A stretch of 64,000 bases of DNA from Escherichia coli (GCF_009931435.1 NZ_CP043414.1); one strand, 5' to 3'; shown: positions 1-14,118, counted from the first letter of the stretch. Notes: generated by a model from the letters alone, not told the origin. Numbers and translations: made by a program.

Positions 1-133
1 CAACCTGTGACGCAGACTGCGATATCGCGGATGACGCAACGCGGTTAATGGCCATTGCGGCGGCACCAGGCACCGCCGTTCTGCTGATACGGCTGAGGTT
101 TTCAACGGCCTGCTCAAGACCTTTTATGGCCAT
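1..133 (-). CDS. Z: Tail protein Z, N-terminal part (gene continues off-window)
   Basis: Reverse translation from the CAT at 131-133 gives MAIKGLEQ..., matching the recalled start of lambda gpZ; position immediately after FII. Confidence 0.8.
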   Translation of the reverse strand, partial: MAIKGLEQAVENLSRISRTAVPGAAAMAINRVASSAISQSASQV

Positions 134-144
134 ACATCCCCCTT

Positions 145-498
145 TCAGCGGCGACGGTTAACGGCAGGCGGCACGCCACGCCCAAGCCAGAGATGACAGC
201 TTCCGCCATCATCCGGCGAAATCCGGTCCACCCAGAAGTTTTCCTCGCCGATGGTCAGTGTGTCTCCACGCCGCAGCTGCCGCACATCATCAGTCCGGAC
301 AAACAGGGACGGGCTGGAGCCTTCAACGCGCACCCCCTGTCCGGCATAGCTGATATTTTCAGGGTCATCAAAAACACCACGTATCACAGCACCGGACAGC
401 TCACCGGATGTCATGGTGGCTGACGTTCCCATGTACCCGCGTATCGTTTCATCGGCGCGGGCAATGGCAGCATCGAACAGGTTATCGGAATCAGCCAC
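145..498 (-). CDS. FII: Head-tail connector protein FII
   Basis: 117-aa ORF near-identical to recalled lambda gpFII (MADxDNLFDAAIARADETIRGYMGTSAT...). Confidence 0.9.
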   Translation of the reverse strand: MADSDNLFDAAIARADETIRGYMGTSATMTSGELSGAVIRGVFDDPENISYAGQGVRVEGSSPSLFVRTDDVRQLRRGDTLTIGEENFWVDRISPDDGGSCHLWLGRGVPPAVNRRR

Positions 499-509
499 AG
501 CGCCTCCCG

Positions 510-905
510 TTATTGCATTCTGGCCAGGCCATGTTCTGTCATTTCGGCTGCCACACCGGCAGAGACACGAAACGCCGTTCCCGGCAGCACAAATGCCACA
601 GGCTCATCCCGCGTGGCGTGAAGTGCATCAGTATGCAGCGTCACCAGTGCCACGACCGTGACCAGAGCAGCCGTATCAGTCACGGTATCCGGCTGCGCTG
701 ATACCACCTCATTTTCATGTCCGGTCAGCGCATTTTCCGGGCTGACAGATGTGTCCTGACCGGCAGCGTCATCCGTGTCATCAAGCTCCTCTTCCAGCTC
801 TGCCACACGGAGCACCAGTTCTTCTTTCGTCCCCGTCAGGCTGACATCACGGTTCAGTTGCTCACCCAGCACCTGAAGACGGGCAATCAGTTCATCTTTC
901 GTCAT
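510..905 (-). CDS. FI: Head assembly protein FI
   Basis: ORF contains MTKDELIARL...GLARMQ matching lambda gpFI; start set at the internal Met that gives the 132-aa lambda length. Confidence 0.85.
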   Translation of the reverse strand: MTKDELIARLQVLGEQLNRDVSLTGTKEELVLRVAELEEELDDTDDAAGQDTSVSPENALTGHENEVVSAQPDTVTDTAALVTVVALVTLHTDALHATRDEPVAFVLPGTAFRVSAGVAAEMTEHGLARMQ

Positions 906-946
906 GGACTCCTCCACAGAGAGAAAATGGCCCCGAAGGGCCATGA

Positions 947-1972
947 TTACGCCAGTTGTACGGACACGAACGCATCAGGATCAGCCAGCAGCATCAGCGG
1001 TGCTGACTGAATCATGGTGAACTCACGCGCCGGATCGCCGGTGGTCACCCAGTTTTTCGGGTAGCGGGCAGAGGCGTTAATACCTTCGCGCTGTGCGTCC
1101 GCATCCTGAATGCAGCCATAGGTGCGCAGACCGCGTGCCTGAGTGTTCCCCAGCACCATCGTGTTGTCCGGCAGGAAGTTCTTTTTGACGTCGTTTTCCA
1201 CGTACTGTCCGGAATACACGACGATCGCCGTATCGCCATACATCCCCTTATAGGACACCGCTTCGCCCAGGTCTTTTACCGCTGTCTCCAGCTCGGAATT
1301 AGAGCCGCGACGGGTATCCAGCTTCTCCTTGACGGCTTTGAAGGAACGGAACAGCGCCCAGCCTTTCGGATCAAACACGATGATATTCACCACGCCGCTG
1401 GCGTTCAGCGCATAGGCTTCGATATCGTCGGTCGGGTCATACGTGGACTTGTCACGCTTGCTCCACTCCGTACCACCGGACTGTGTGATGTTGTTCGCCG
1501 CACTGCGGCCCATATCCACCTCAACCGGATCGAAGGCTTCACCGGTCATGGTGTATTTGCCCTTAAGCACGGCAGAAACGGCCTGCATCTCTTCGACCTG
1601 AGCAATGGCCAGCTCTTCGTCTCGCATGTTCTGCAGGATGATGCGACGGCGGCGGTAAGCCGGGTCCGCCAGATTCTGTGGATCTTCATCCGGCAGGCGA
1701 CGCAGGGTCATCTGCGGATTCACCTCATGCTTCGGCTTGACATATCCCGGTGTAAATTCAGAGGTGGAGCCGCCACGGGAGCGGATAACCTCACCGGAAA
1801 CAATCGGCGAAACGTACAGCGCCATGTTTACCAGTCCCGGAATTTGTGAGAGATAGACTTTCTCCGTGGTGAAGGGATAGCTCTCACGGAAAAAGAGACG
1901 CAGAAACAGCGGATCAAACTTAAATTTCTTCTCATTTGCCGCCAGCAGCTGGGCGGTTGTGTACATCGACAT
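947..1972 (-). CDS. E: Major capsid protein E
   Basis: MSMYTTAQLLAANE...FVSVQLA, near-identical to lambda gpE (341 aa). Confidence 0.95.
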   Translation of the reverse strand: MSMYTTAQLLAANEKKFKFDPLFLRLFFRESYPFTTEKVYLSQIPGLVNMALYVSPIVSGEVIRSRGGSTSEFTPGYVKPKHEVNPQMTLRRLPDEDPQNLADPAYRRRRIILQNMRDEELAIAQVEEMQAVSAVLKGKYTMTGEAFDPVEVDMGRSAANNITQSGGTEWSKRDKSTYDPTDDIEAYALNASGVVNIIVFDPKGWALFRSFKAVKEKLDTRRGSNSELETAVKDLGEAVSYKGMYGDTAIVVYSGQYVENDVKKNFLPDNTMVLGNTQARGLRTYGCIQDADAQREGINASARYPKNWVTTGDPAREFTMIQSAPLMLLADPDAFVSVQLA

Positions 1973-2027
1973 AAAAAAATCCCGTAAAAAAAGCCGCACA
2001 GGCGGCCTTTAGTGATGAAGGGTAAGG

Positions 2028-2360
2028 TTAAACGATGCTGATTGCCGTTCCGGCAAACGCGGTCCGTTTTTTCGTCTCGTCGCTGGCAGCCTCCGGCCAG
2101 AGCACATCCTCATAACGGAACGTGCCGGACTTGTAGAACGTCAGCGTGGTGCTGGTCTGGTCAGCAGCAACCGCCAGAATGCCAACGGCAGCACCGTCGG
2201 TGGTGCCATCCCACACAACCAGCTTACGGGTGGAGGTGTCCAGCATCAGCGGGGTCATTGCAGGCGCTTTCGCACTCAATCCGCCGGGCGCGGTTGCCGT
2301 ATGTGCCGGGTCACTGTTGCCCAGCGGCTGGTAATGGGTAAAGGTTTCTTTGCTCGTCAT
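2028..2360 (-). CDS. D: Capsid decoration protein D
   Basis: [12 protein letters not shown]...GTAISIV, near-identical to lambda gpD (110 aa). Confidence 0.95.
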   Translation of the reverse strand: MTSKETFTHYQPLGNSDPAHTATAPGGLSAKAPAMTPLMLDTSTRKLVVWDGTTDGAAVGILAVAADQTSTTLTFYKSGTFRYEDVLWPEAASDETKKRTAFAGTAISIV

Positions 2361-2369
2361 AAACATCCC

Positions 2370-3669
2370 TTACACTGGTGTGTTCAGCAAATCGTTAACG
2401 GCATCAGATGCCGGGTTACCTGCAGCCAGCGGTGCCGGTGCCCCCTGCATCAGACGATCCAGCGCAGTGTCACTGCGCGCCTGTGCACTCTGTGGTGCAG
2501 CTGCCAGAATGCGGCGGGCCGTTTCCACGGTCATACCGGGGGTTTCGGCCAGCACGCGTGCCTGTTCTTCGCGTCCGTGAGCCTCCTCACAGTTGAGGAT
2601 CCCCATAATGCGGCTGTTTTCTGCCGCAACCGCAGCGGTGATCTGCGCGTTCACGTCCGGCTGCGCCGCGCTGGCGTTTTCGCCCTCCGTCGCTGGCACC
2701 ACGTCAGTAACGTCAGCCTGCGAAGCAGTGGCTGAAACAGTTGTTGATTGAGTCTCTTTGGTCATTCGCCCTCCTGAGAGACGGGATTTACGTGCATCCA
2801 GTGCATCACGCATAACGGTGATCGCATCGGTGCTGTTGACAAGTTCATCAGCCAGTCCGGCATCAATGGCCTCCTGACCGCTGTACACTGCAGCCTCGGT
2901 ATCCAGCACAGCCTGCACAGACAGGCCGGTATATGCCGACACCTTCTGCGCAAACATCTGGCGGGTTGCGTCCATCCGGGACTGCAGTGTCTCCCGGACG
3001 TCATCCGGAAGATGGCTGTAGGGATTGCCATCCACCTTATGGCTGCCGCTGTAAATCAGCGTGATTTCCACGCCCTGTTTCTCCAGGGCAGCACCGTAAT
3101 TACTGTGAGCCATCATGACGCCGATGGAGCCTGTCCGGGCGGTCTGCGTGACCAGACGCCGGGAGGCGGCGCTGGCAAGCAGCTGACCTGCACTGCAGTT
3201 CATGTCATTTGCCAGCGCCCATACCGGTTTTATGTCTCGCACACGGGCGATGATGTCAGCACAGTCAAATGCTCCCGCCACCATCCCGCCCGGTGTGTCC
3301 ATATCGAGCAGAATGCCGTCCACCATCGGGTCGCTGGCAGCCTGTTGCAGACGGGCGATAATGCCGTTGTAACCGGTCATCCCCGAATACGGCTGCAGCG
3401 CCCGTGTCCGGCTGACCAGCGTGCCGGAAACCGGCAGCACGGCGATGCCGTTCATGACCTGATAACTGCGGGCCTGTCGTGGTCCGTCATCATCACCGGA
3501 TAACGCCAGCGCCGCGGGTGCCTCTCCGGCAGTCAGGCTGTCGCCGGATACTGCATCCGTCAGGCGGCTGATCCCAAGCTGGCCTGCAAGCGCACAAAAG
3601 AAAACCCGCGCATAGGCGGATTCAAGCATCAGCGGCTCATTAAAAGCCATGCTGGCAATATGCGGGAGA

Positions 3670-3689
<20 letters not shown>
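2370..3689 (-). CDS. C: Head protease / minor capsid protein C, with the Nu3 scaffold nested in-frame at its 3' end
   Basis: Translation xTAELRNLPHIASMAF...DLLNTPV matches lambda gpC; S49/ClpP-like motif region present. Start inferred as GTG by length homology (439 aa); the ORF track extends the frame upstream. Confidence 0.85.
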
Positions 3690-7402
<3,713 letters not shown>

Positions 7403-8079
7403 ATTCCTTCATTTTTTCAGCAGACTCAACGCATTTATTAGCCCCCTTCGCAACCAGCTCTTTTAGATAAGCCAATTGTCTGCCTGTCAATTCAGGGAAT
7501 TTTCTTTGCATCGAAAGCGGAATACTGTCCAAAACAGATGCCAGTTCTCCGGATAACCGGGACAGGGCAAAAATAGAGAAAGCTGTATCAATCACCTTAT
7601 GCTCTGCAACCTGGTTTTTTAACCGCTGAGCAATAGCCTGTTCTTCCGTCAGGTTAACCCTGGCCTGAAGTAGCCTTTCCTCAAGATCATTTTCACCACC
7701 TGAAGATTTCTGGTTTTGTTGACGTCGCTCGCGATCTATCTCCAGTACAGTTTTAACGTCATAGAAAACCTCTCTCCCCCGGCGCTCAACAGGAGGAACA
7801 CCCCATTTATCAAATGCCTGTACAGAGATACCGATGGAGGAGGCCATGTCGCTTTTATTCAATAAAAAGGCCACAGCCCCTCCATAAACCACCGGCAAAA
7901 AAGCAATACAACAACCACGTTTTTTGTAAAACCCTCTGATTTTACATGCTTTTTCGTATAAGAAAGATCATCAGGTTGTTGTGTTTATTTTTCTTTCTTA
8001 TTACTTATCAAGTAGATATATCAAACGATAAAACAACAACCATCACCTCAAAAAAACTCGTAAATAGCGAAAACCCGCG

Positions 8080-8091
8080 AGGTCGCCGCCC
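8080..8091 (-). other. cos: cosN cohesive-end site (12-nt lambda-type GGGCGGCGACCT on the minus strand)
   Basis: Plus strand reads aggtcgccgccc, preceded by gcgaaaacccgcg, which is the reverse complement of the lambda left-end sequence GGGCGGCGACCTCGCGGGTTTTCGC; lies ~185 bp upstream of Nu1. Coordinates +/-2 nt. Confidence 0.65.
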
Positions 8092-8496
8092 CGTGGCAGG
8101 CCACCCCACCGGAAGGACCCGCACAAATGAGAGTGATTATCACCATTGCTGATGAATAAATTGATGAAAATCATTGAAACGCCTTTCAGCAAGATAACGG
8201 CGACGGTCGTTGTTGCACTCCGTAACTCTGCGACTAAGGTTAAAAGCATGGCCCTCTTTTGCCACCGGCAAATCTTCAATGGATTTCCCCTGCCGGTTTT
8301 TTATTTTCGTCGATGCATAACATTGCATTTACATCAATAGCGGCTATTGTCATTAGTATGTTGCATCAATGCATGGGTGGTATTGGCGGTCTTCGCCGGC
8401 CGGTTCTGTGTAGCTGGACCGGTTTTTTATTTCTCACATTACAGCAGCCCCTTAGAGTGAAGGGCTGCTGTAATGCCGCAATCTTTTTTAACATGA

Positions 8497-8520
8497 AAAA
8501 GGCCGCAGAGCGGCCTTTAT
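8497..8520 (-). terminator. Rho-independent terminator (stem aggccgc/gcggcct, T-run on the minus strand)
   Basis: GC-rich inverted repeat followed on the minus strand by TTTTTCATGTTAAAAAA. A further hairpin cluster lies at 8400-8471. Confidence 0.5.
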
Positions 8521-8537
8521 GGTTTATTGACAATTGA

Positions 8538-8753
8538 TTAAGACGTGTGGCACTTATTGGCACACCAATAGCAACCATTCACCCGGGAATATCCTTTGGC
8601 CTTTGCCTCTGTTACCGCCGAAGAACAATCACTATAGTAACCAAGGTAATCGCGGTTAGCTACAGCAGGAAGATATGAACATTCCTCAGCATGCACCTCA
8701 TGATCGCCATTGCTCTGAGCATTTTTGTTCACGTAATAGTGTTTAAAAACCAT
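8538..8753 (-). CDS. Hypothetical small Cys/Tyr-rich protein (cargo between lysis cassette and cos)
   Basis: 71-aa ORF in an AT-rich stretch; no family recognised by eye. Confidence 0.3.
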   Translation of the reverse strand: MVFKHYYVNKNAQSNGDHEVHAEECSYLPAVANRDYLGYYSDCSSAVTEAKAKGYSRVNGCYWCANKCHTS

Positions 8754-8876
8754 TGTATAACTCCATGTTGACGCTGATATTCAGCATTAACATGCTATAT
8801 CACCAATTACACAAACATAAGCTTGTTATTTCAATTAGTTGATAACGATCACCACTGAACTTTGGCCTTGCGAAAT

Positions 8877-9086
8877 TCAAATGTTTTTCTGACTATTATT
8901 GGGCCGATAAACAGATATTATTTGAGCGTTTTGGTTCATTACATAAGCAATATCTCCATCTTTCAGAATGACTTTCCCATCCTTTCCCGATACGGCAATA
9001 CTCCGCTGCTCAGGATGATAGCCAATGCTACGCCCGCAATGGATCTCTTCCCCACCATTTTGAGACATGACTTTTACAGTTAACAT
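8877..9086 (-). CDS. Hypothetical small protein
   Basis: 69-aa ORF in an AT-rich stretch; unrecognised. Confidence 0.3.
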   Translation of the reverse strand: MLTVKVMSQNGGEEIHCGRSIGYHPEQRSIAVSGKDGKVILKDGDIAYVMNQNAQIISVYRPNNSQKNI

Positions 9087-9173
9087 TTTTCTGCTCCTAT
9101 TTAGATGCCCTTTCCATCCGGGCCACTGTTCAAAGTAAATTTAGATTCAACAATATTCTGCTCTTACAGGCGA

Positions 9174-9356
9174 TCAGTTCTGCATACACTGCCGAACACC
9201 GTCGACAATTTCACAGACCTGAGAAGCTGTATCGAAAAGCTGGCGCGCCTTATCCAGGCTGACGCATCCCACCAGGAAAAAAGGCACCAGTATCGCTACC
9301 AGTGCCCATTTCGCCGCCGTTCGCGGCATTCTGTGTGTCCAGTGTTTTCGCTTCAT
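9174..9356 (-). CDS. Putative small lipoprotein (signal peptide plus LVGC lipobox); possible spanin-like or exclusion lipoprotein
   Basis: MKRKHWTHRMPRTAAKWALVAILVPFFLVGC...: hydrophobic N-terminus followed by Cys; located downstream of the endolysin. Confidence 0.35.
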   Translation of the reverse strand: MKRKHWTHRMPRTAAKWALVAILVPFFLVGCVSLDKARQLFDTASQVCEIVDGVRQCMQN

Positions 9357-9360
9357 CTCA

Positions 9361-9588
9361 CTATCCACCAATCAATCCGGATAAGCTCAATACTCGCCAG
9401 GCGGTGGAAATGAAAATGGCAACCAACATTGCTGAAAATGAAAGGCCAACAACCACACAGAGAATTCGCGCCAGTTTTATAATGCTATCTGACATATTTA
9501 CCCCTGCCCCACTTACGATTTCACAGCAATGAGCAATTTTGCCATCCCATACAGCATCGGAGACACAGCGATACCGACCGCCACCCAC
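9361..9588 (-). CDS. Putative small membrane protein (single TM)
   Basis: ORF with hydrophobic stretch ILCVVVGLSFSAMLVAIFISTAW; start unclear. A further overlapping small hydrophobic ORF is at 9513-9716. Confidence 0.25.
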   Translation of the reverse strand: MGGGRYRCVSDAVWDGKIAHCCEIVSGAGVNMSDSIIKLARILCVVVGLSFSAMLVAIFISTAWRVLSLSGLIGG

Positions 9589-9855
9589 TTAATGGCAAAA
9601 GCCACCGCTCTGCTGATGTCATCAGTTACAGGCGCTTTCAATTCAAGGCCGTTTTTCATAGTCAACCTCAACAGAATTAGTTTATACTTCCTCATGTTCT
9701 CCTTTGCCTTACCCAAGGCCAGAAACAGAAAACCCCGGACTGTTACCGCAGCCGGGGTTTTTGCTATCTGATGCTATGCCCCTTACTTTCGCTCATCGTA
9801 GCCCCAGAAAAGAGCCTGCATGAGTTGAGGGTGTTCAGCACTTCAGTGTCAGTTT

Positions 9856-10401
9856 TTAAACCACCACGCGCTCTTTCATCCAGCCATAGACAAACGACTC
9901 ATTGGCCTCGCGTTTCTCTGCCAGCTCCAGATAACGCTCGCCCTGCGTACAGTTCAGGGCTTTCACCAGTACCAGTTCACCATCCCTGCTGCGATTTTTC
10001 AGATATGCCCGTAATGCATTAAGAGTACGCGGCCCGATGCGTCCATCAGCATCCATATCCGGATAGAGTTTCCCGCGCAGGTTGAAAACGTTCAGCCAGC
10101 GCTGAAGCATTCTGGACGCCACAGTTGGCCCCATGTTCACGCCCGTATCGCACAACTCTGCGGCAATATCCGGAGACAGGTCCTCAACCTGGTCGAATCG
10201 TGGTCCGTACCAGTAGTCCGCCTCGAGTATTTCCAGCGCCTGCCCACGCGTCAGGTCACGCATATCGCCCTGATAACCGTGTGCACGGGCAACTTTTTCA
10301 GTGATGCCCCATTTAGTCGGACCACCTTTATCATCCGGGTGATTGACGTAACCGCCCTCTTTTCCCAGAATTTCGTCAAAAATTTCATCTTTCGACTTCA
10401 T
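9856..10401 (-). CDS. Endolysin, glycoside hydrolase family 108-type with C-terminal peptidoglycan-binding region
   Basis: Motif EGGYVNHPDDKGGPTKWGIT, typical of the GH108 lysozyme N-terminus; position after the holin-like genes. Confidence 0.75.
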   Translation of the reverse strand: MKSKDEIFDEILGKEGGYVNHPDDKGGPTKWGITEKVARAHGYQGDMRDLTRGQALEILEADYWYGPRFDQVEDLSPDIAAELCDTGVNMGPTVASRMLQRWLNVFNLRGKLYPDMDADGRIGPRTLNALRAYLKNRSRDGELVLVKALNCTQGERYLELAEKREANESFVYGWMKERVVV

Positions 10402-10402
10402 A

Positions 10403-10693
10403 TCAGCGCCTTCGTAATACAAGGATTTTTGATACGTTCCCGCGTGCTCGTATCACCAGCACGCAGAACACCAGGTTAATCAGGACGACCAGCCAGTTAC
10501 CGGGTGGAAAGCGACCACACAGATAACAAAGCGGCGCAAAGGCATAAAGCAGCATCAGCAGCCAGGCCAGCCACGACATCAGCGGTTTATGTCTCGACTC
10601 ACCACGACGATAAAAAAAGAGCGTCAGCACGATAACCGTGCTTAACACCACATTCAGTAATCCGGGAAGGTTACTTAACATTACCGCCTCCAC
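10403..10693 (-). CDS. Small polytopic membrane protein (holin/antiholin-like)
   Basis: 96 aa, mostly hydrophobic helices; immediately upstream of the endolysin. Confidence 0.4.
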   Translation of the reverse strand: MEAVMLSNLPGLLNVVLSTVIVLTLFFYRRGESRHKPLMSWLAWLLMLLYAFAPLCYLCGRFPPGNWLVVLINLVFCVLVIRARGNVSKILVLRRR

Positions 10694-11060
10694 CCCGCAG
10701 ACGGGAGAACAGCCCGGATACCAGCGATGCGATATCCTGCTGGTGGATGAATGAGAGAATCTTCACCGACACCACCGATACCAGTACCGCACAAAGCGCG
10801 TCGAGAGATGTGCTGTGGAGATTCAATTTTTCGACCAGCCAGGACGCAAGGACATCCGCCCCCAGCACGCCAACAATGAACGACACCAGAAAATGCGCCG
10901 CCACACGCCAGACAGAAATCACCTGTGGCATCGTGGCCACAAACAACGCCCCGGCAAACGCGCCAAACACAATCCCGAAATCCGTCCCGGTAAACAGCCC
11001 GAATACCGTCGCCCCGCCGAGCGCCACAGCAGTGCTGGAACCGGATAAGGGTTCAGACAT
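10671..11060 (-). CDS. Putative holin (multi-TM, Gly/Ala-rich helices)
   Basis: MSEPLSGSSTAVALGGATVFGLFTGTDFGIVFGAFAGALFVATMP...; first gene of the lysis cassette downstream of Q. Confidence 0.45.
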   Translation of the reverse strand: MSEPLSGSSTAVALGGATVFGLFTGTDFGIVFGAFAGALFVATMPQVISVWRVAAHFLVSFIVGVLGADVLASWLVEKLNLHSTSLDALCAVLVSVVSVKILSFIHQQDIASLVSGLFSRLRGGGGNVK

Positions 11061-11193
11061 ATTTATTCTCCTGTAAATAAAAAGGACCATCAGCGGCCCC
11101 GTAACTGACATTTTATTAACGTTTGAAGATATGGATATTTATCAGGGTTTACCGTTTTCTGAACCCTGGATATGTTAAGCATTCAGCCCGCCA

Positions 11194-11529
11194 GTGGTGG
11201 GACGCTGGCTCATCATAGAGAAAGAGGGATGGCTGATTACCTCTGATCAGGGAAATCACATGCAGTTTTTACATAAAAGAATGCATTTAAATGCAGGAGA
11301 TACGGTAGTGGTTGACTGCTCTCATCAGTGCAATATTTTGCTGATGACAGATACAAACTTTAATAACTACCGCAACGCAAGAAGCTTTCATCATCACGGT
11401 GGTGGCGGTTTTTTTCAGAGATTACCGGCCCACCTTCATGTACCGCATTCAGGTTACTGGAATATTACAATTGATTTAGGAGGCGGAAGTGCAGCTATTC
11501 GGCACTCCATTTCCGTCATCCCAGCATAG
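11194..11529 (+). CDS. Hypothetical protein on the opposite strand to phage late transcription (moron-like unit with its own terminator)
   Basis: ORF (probable start at the internal ATG giving MQFLHKRMHLNAGD...) followed by hairpins at 11557-11596 and a terminator at 11778-11815. Confidence 0.3.
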   Translation: MVGRWLIIEKEGWLITSDQGNHMQFLHKRMHLNAGDTVVVDCSHQCNILLMTDTNFNNYRNARSFHHHGGGGFFQRLPAHLHVPHSGYWNITIDLGGGSAAIRHSISVIPA

Positions 11530-11777
11530 CAACTCGCCTTTAGCCTGAGTAAATGCGTCCTCAAGGACGGCAACGAGTCGCAGTTGCGTGCCGTCCTTTA
11601 CACAGCGTGTGCAGGCAATACCTTCAGAACTTTCATTATGCCGAGCTCATACAATTTCACCATTTTGTTCAACTACAACGCTCATAATTTTCTTACACTT
11701 TTTTAATAAACCACACCAATAACAACCATCACCGATACCTTTTGTATGCTGTTATTTTGCATTACGGTGTAACGGCA

Positions 11778-11815
11778 AGAGCCCCCTCCCCGCCCTGAAA
11801 GGCTCTGTGTTTTTG
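11778..11815 (+). terminator. Rho-independent terminator (stem agagcc/ggctct followed by GTGTTTTT)
   Basis: Inverted repeat plus T-run, read directly. Confidence 0.45.
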
Positions 11816-11840
11816 ATGTGCGCCTGATGTGGCTCAGATA

Positions 11841-11864
11841 CAAAAAAGCTCGCAGTAGCGAGCT
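11841..11864 (-). terminator. Rho-independent terminator after the 92-aa minus-strand ORF (stem agctcgc/gcgagct plus T6)
   Basis: Inverted repeat followed by TTTTTT on the minus strand. Confidence 0.5.
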
Positions 11865-11887
11865 AACAGAAAATATGAAGCATGTTT

Positions 11888-12166
11888 TTATCCACGAAGT
11901 ATGACGTTGAATTCATCCATACCGACACGGCTGGCTATCTCGTTGTATTCCTCAACAAGAGCCAGCAATTCTGAATTAGCAGCCATGAACTCTTCAAAAA
12001 CCTTATGGATGGCATCACTGTTTAATAAAACAATGTTCTTTCCTGAAAGGCGATCAGGGGTAGAAAATATAACTGTCAAACGACTAAAGGCCCTGGCTCG
12101 TTCAGCATTAACATCCTCAATACGCTGCAACAAGCTGGAGCACCTGGAAATATCATCAATATTCAC
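11888..12166 (-). CDS. Hypothetical protein
   Basis: 92-aa ORF; unrecognised. Confidence 0.3.
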   Translation of the reverse strand: MNIDDISRCSSLLQRIEDVNAERARAFSRLTVIFSTPDRLSGKNIVLLNSDAIHKVFEEFMAANSELLALVEEYNEIASRVGMDEFNVILRG

Positions 12167-12684
12167 TCTACTCCTGCCATCTGGATGATAATCATTTCAC
12201 GGAGAGAAGCACTCAGAAGTACCACTGAAGTATAGCTGGTGACCAGCTACTTACACATCTATTGCCATCCTGCTGATGATAAGTCGACATTAGCCCTTCT
12301 GTCTATAAACGAAACAAAGGATAAGTTCAGGTTTTAAACACACTGCCAGGATAAAGTATTGTATACAGTATAGAAGAGCGTTATTGAATGACATAAAAAA
12401 CCAGACCTAATCCCTTATCCGGAAGATATATCAAATAAACGGGGAAAATGTATTAAGATGGCGTTCCTATTCTCTCCATCCCTGATGTCCACGTAACTCG
12501 TTATAGAATCAGAACGCCATCTGAATACACACAAAAAAGCTGGCTTCACACCCTCCAGATGTGTGAACGCAGTGCCCGACCACGTGCTTTCGCAACCAGC
12601 ACAAATCATTTTAAAGCATCGAAAAACGATCAGAATATATCAGAACTTCCTAGCATCCTGCTTGGCTTAGATATTAATCGAGGA

Positions 12685-13770
12685 TTAGCTCCTGTTCTTA
12701 TCTAATTGTGCATTTCGCAATTTATCGTTCAGCACCAATATTTCACCAACTGTTTGTTCAAAACGCCCGGACTCAAGTTCAACCCCAATCGTGCGACGCC
12801 CCAATCCCATTGCTGCTTTTATTGTTGCCCCCGATCCCATAAAAAAATCCGCAACCACATCCCCCGGACGACTGCTGGCAGAAATTATCTGACGCAACAT
12901 ATCCGCCGGTTTTTCGCAGGGATGCTTACCCGGATAATACTGCACGGGCTTATGCGTCCAGACGTCCGTATAAGGAACGGCGGCCGATACAGAAAAATAA
13001 CGCCGCAGAGATTTGTATTCCTCAAGCAGACTGGCATATTGCCGGTTCAGTTCACTGTATGTGCTGACCAGTTGCTGGTGTGGCGTTGCCAGCTCCCCAC
13101 GCTGGTGCTTTTCTTCTGCAACACACGCGAACAGCGCCTGCAGTTTTCTGTAATCAGCTTCGTTCGGTAACTGCCACTGACAGGTACCAAACCAGTGCGA
13201 CACCATGTTTTTCTTTCCGGTGGCTTCCGCTATCTGTTTGGACGTTATCCCCAGTGATTCACGCGCATCACGGAAGTAAGAAATCAGCGGGGCCATGACG
13301 TGTTGTTTAAGCTCGCGCTCCTTTGCCGCATAGCCATCATTTTTTGGCTGGTATGGCCCCTGATAATGTTCGGCAAACAGAATGCGCTCTGTTGCCGGGA
13401 AATACGCCCGCAGGCTTTCTTTGTTGCACCCGTTCCAGCGTCCGGATGGCTTCGCCCAGATAATGTGGTTCAGCACATTAAAGCGCTCACGCATCATGAT
13501 TTCGGTGTCAGATGCCAGGCGATGACCACAGAACAGGTAGAGACTTCCGGCAGGTTTCAGTACCCGCCAGAACTGAGCCAGACACTGATCCAGCCATTTC
13601 AGGTAATCATCGTCGCCCTTCCACTGGTTATCCCAGCCCTCGGGCTTCACTTTAAAGTATGGCGGGTCTGTGACTATCAGATCGACAGAGTTTTCCGGTA
13701 AGGTCTGGATAAATTCCAGGCAATCAGCGTTGATTAACTCACAACTGGATATTTTTACAGTATCAACCAT
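12685..13770 (-). CDS. Orphan DNA methyltransferase (N6-adenine/N4-cytosine type, beta class: motif IV DPPY before motif I FxGxG)
   Basis: LIVTDPPYF near the N-terminus and DFFMGSGAT near the C-terminus; no adjacent restriction endonuclease ORF. Confidence 0.8.
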   Translation of the reverse strand: MVDTVKISSCELINADCLEFIQTLPENSVDLIVTDPPYFKVKPEGWDNQWKGDDDYLKWLDQCLAQFWRVLKPAGSLYLFCGHRLASDTEIMMRERFNVLNHIIWAKPSGRWNGCNKESLRAYFPATERILFAEHYQGPYQPKNDGYAAKERELKQHVMAPLISYFRDARESLGITSKQIAEATGKKNMVSHWFGTCQWQLPNEADYRKLQALFACVAEEKHQRGELATPHQQLVSTYSELNRQYASLLEEYKSLRRYFSVSAAVPYTDVWTHKPVQYYPGKHPCEKPADMLRQIISASSRPGDVVADFFMGSGATIKAAMGLGRRTIGVELESGRFEQTVGEILVLNDKLRNAQLDKNRS

Positions 13771-13920
13771 AGATCAATAAGCACTTCTCTGATAGGCTCA
13801 TACCGCTTTTGCGCAAAGCAGATGGGCCTGAGGTTTGCTTGTGACCCTAACGCATGAGCAGATGGCTGGCAGGTGCCGCTAACACCCACCAGCCGCCCAT
13901 TACCACAAATGAAAAAACCT

Positions 13921-14118
13921 TCACTGCGGAAGGCGTCTGTAACAACCGAACTGATAATCTGCCAGACCCGCCATAACAAGCTGGGTCAGTATTAACTGAC
14001 AGCGTTCGCGTGAAAGGTAAGTATTCTGCGCAATTTCCCCAACTGTTGCCGGTTCAGTGACGCTTAATTCATTAAACACCACTCTGGCTGTTTCGGTCAT
14101 ATCCTGCTGTTTTAGCAT
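13921..14118 (-). CDS. Small protein with HTH/winged-helix-like segment
   Basis: 65 aa; TVGEIAQNTYLSRERCQLILTQLVMAGL resembles a DNA-binding recognition-helix region. Confidence 0.3.
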   Translation of the reverse strand: MLKQQDMTETARVVFNELSVTEPATVGEIAQNTYLSRERCQLILTQLVMAGLADYQFGCYRRLPQ

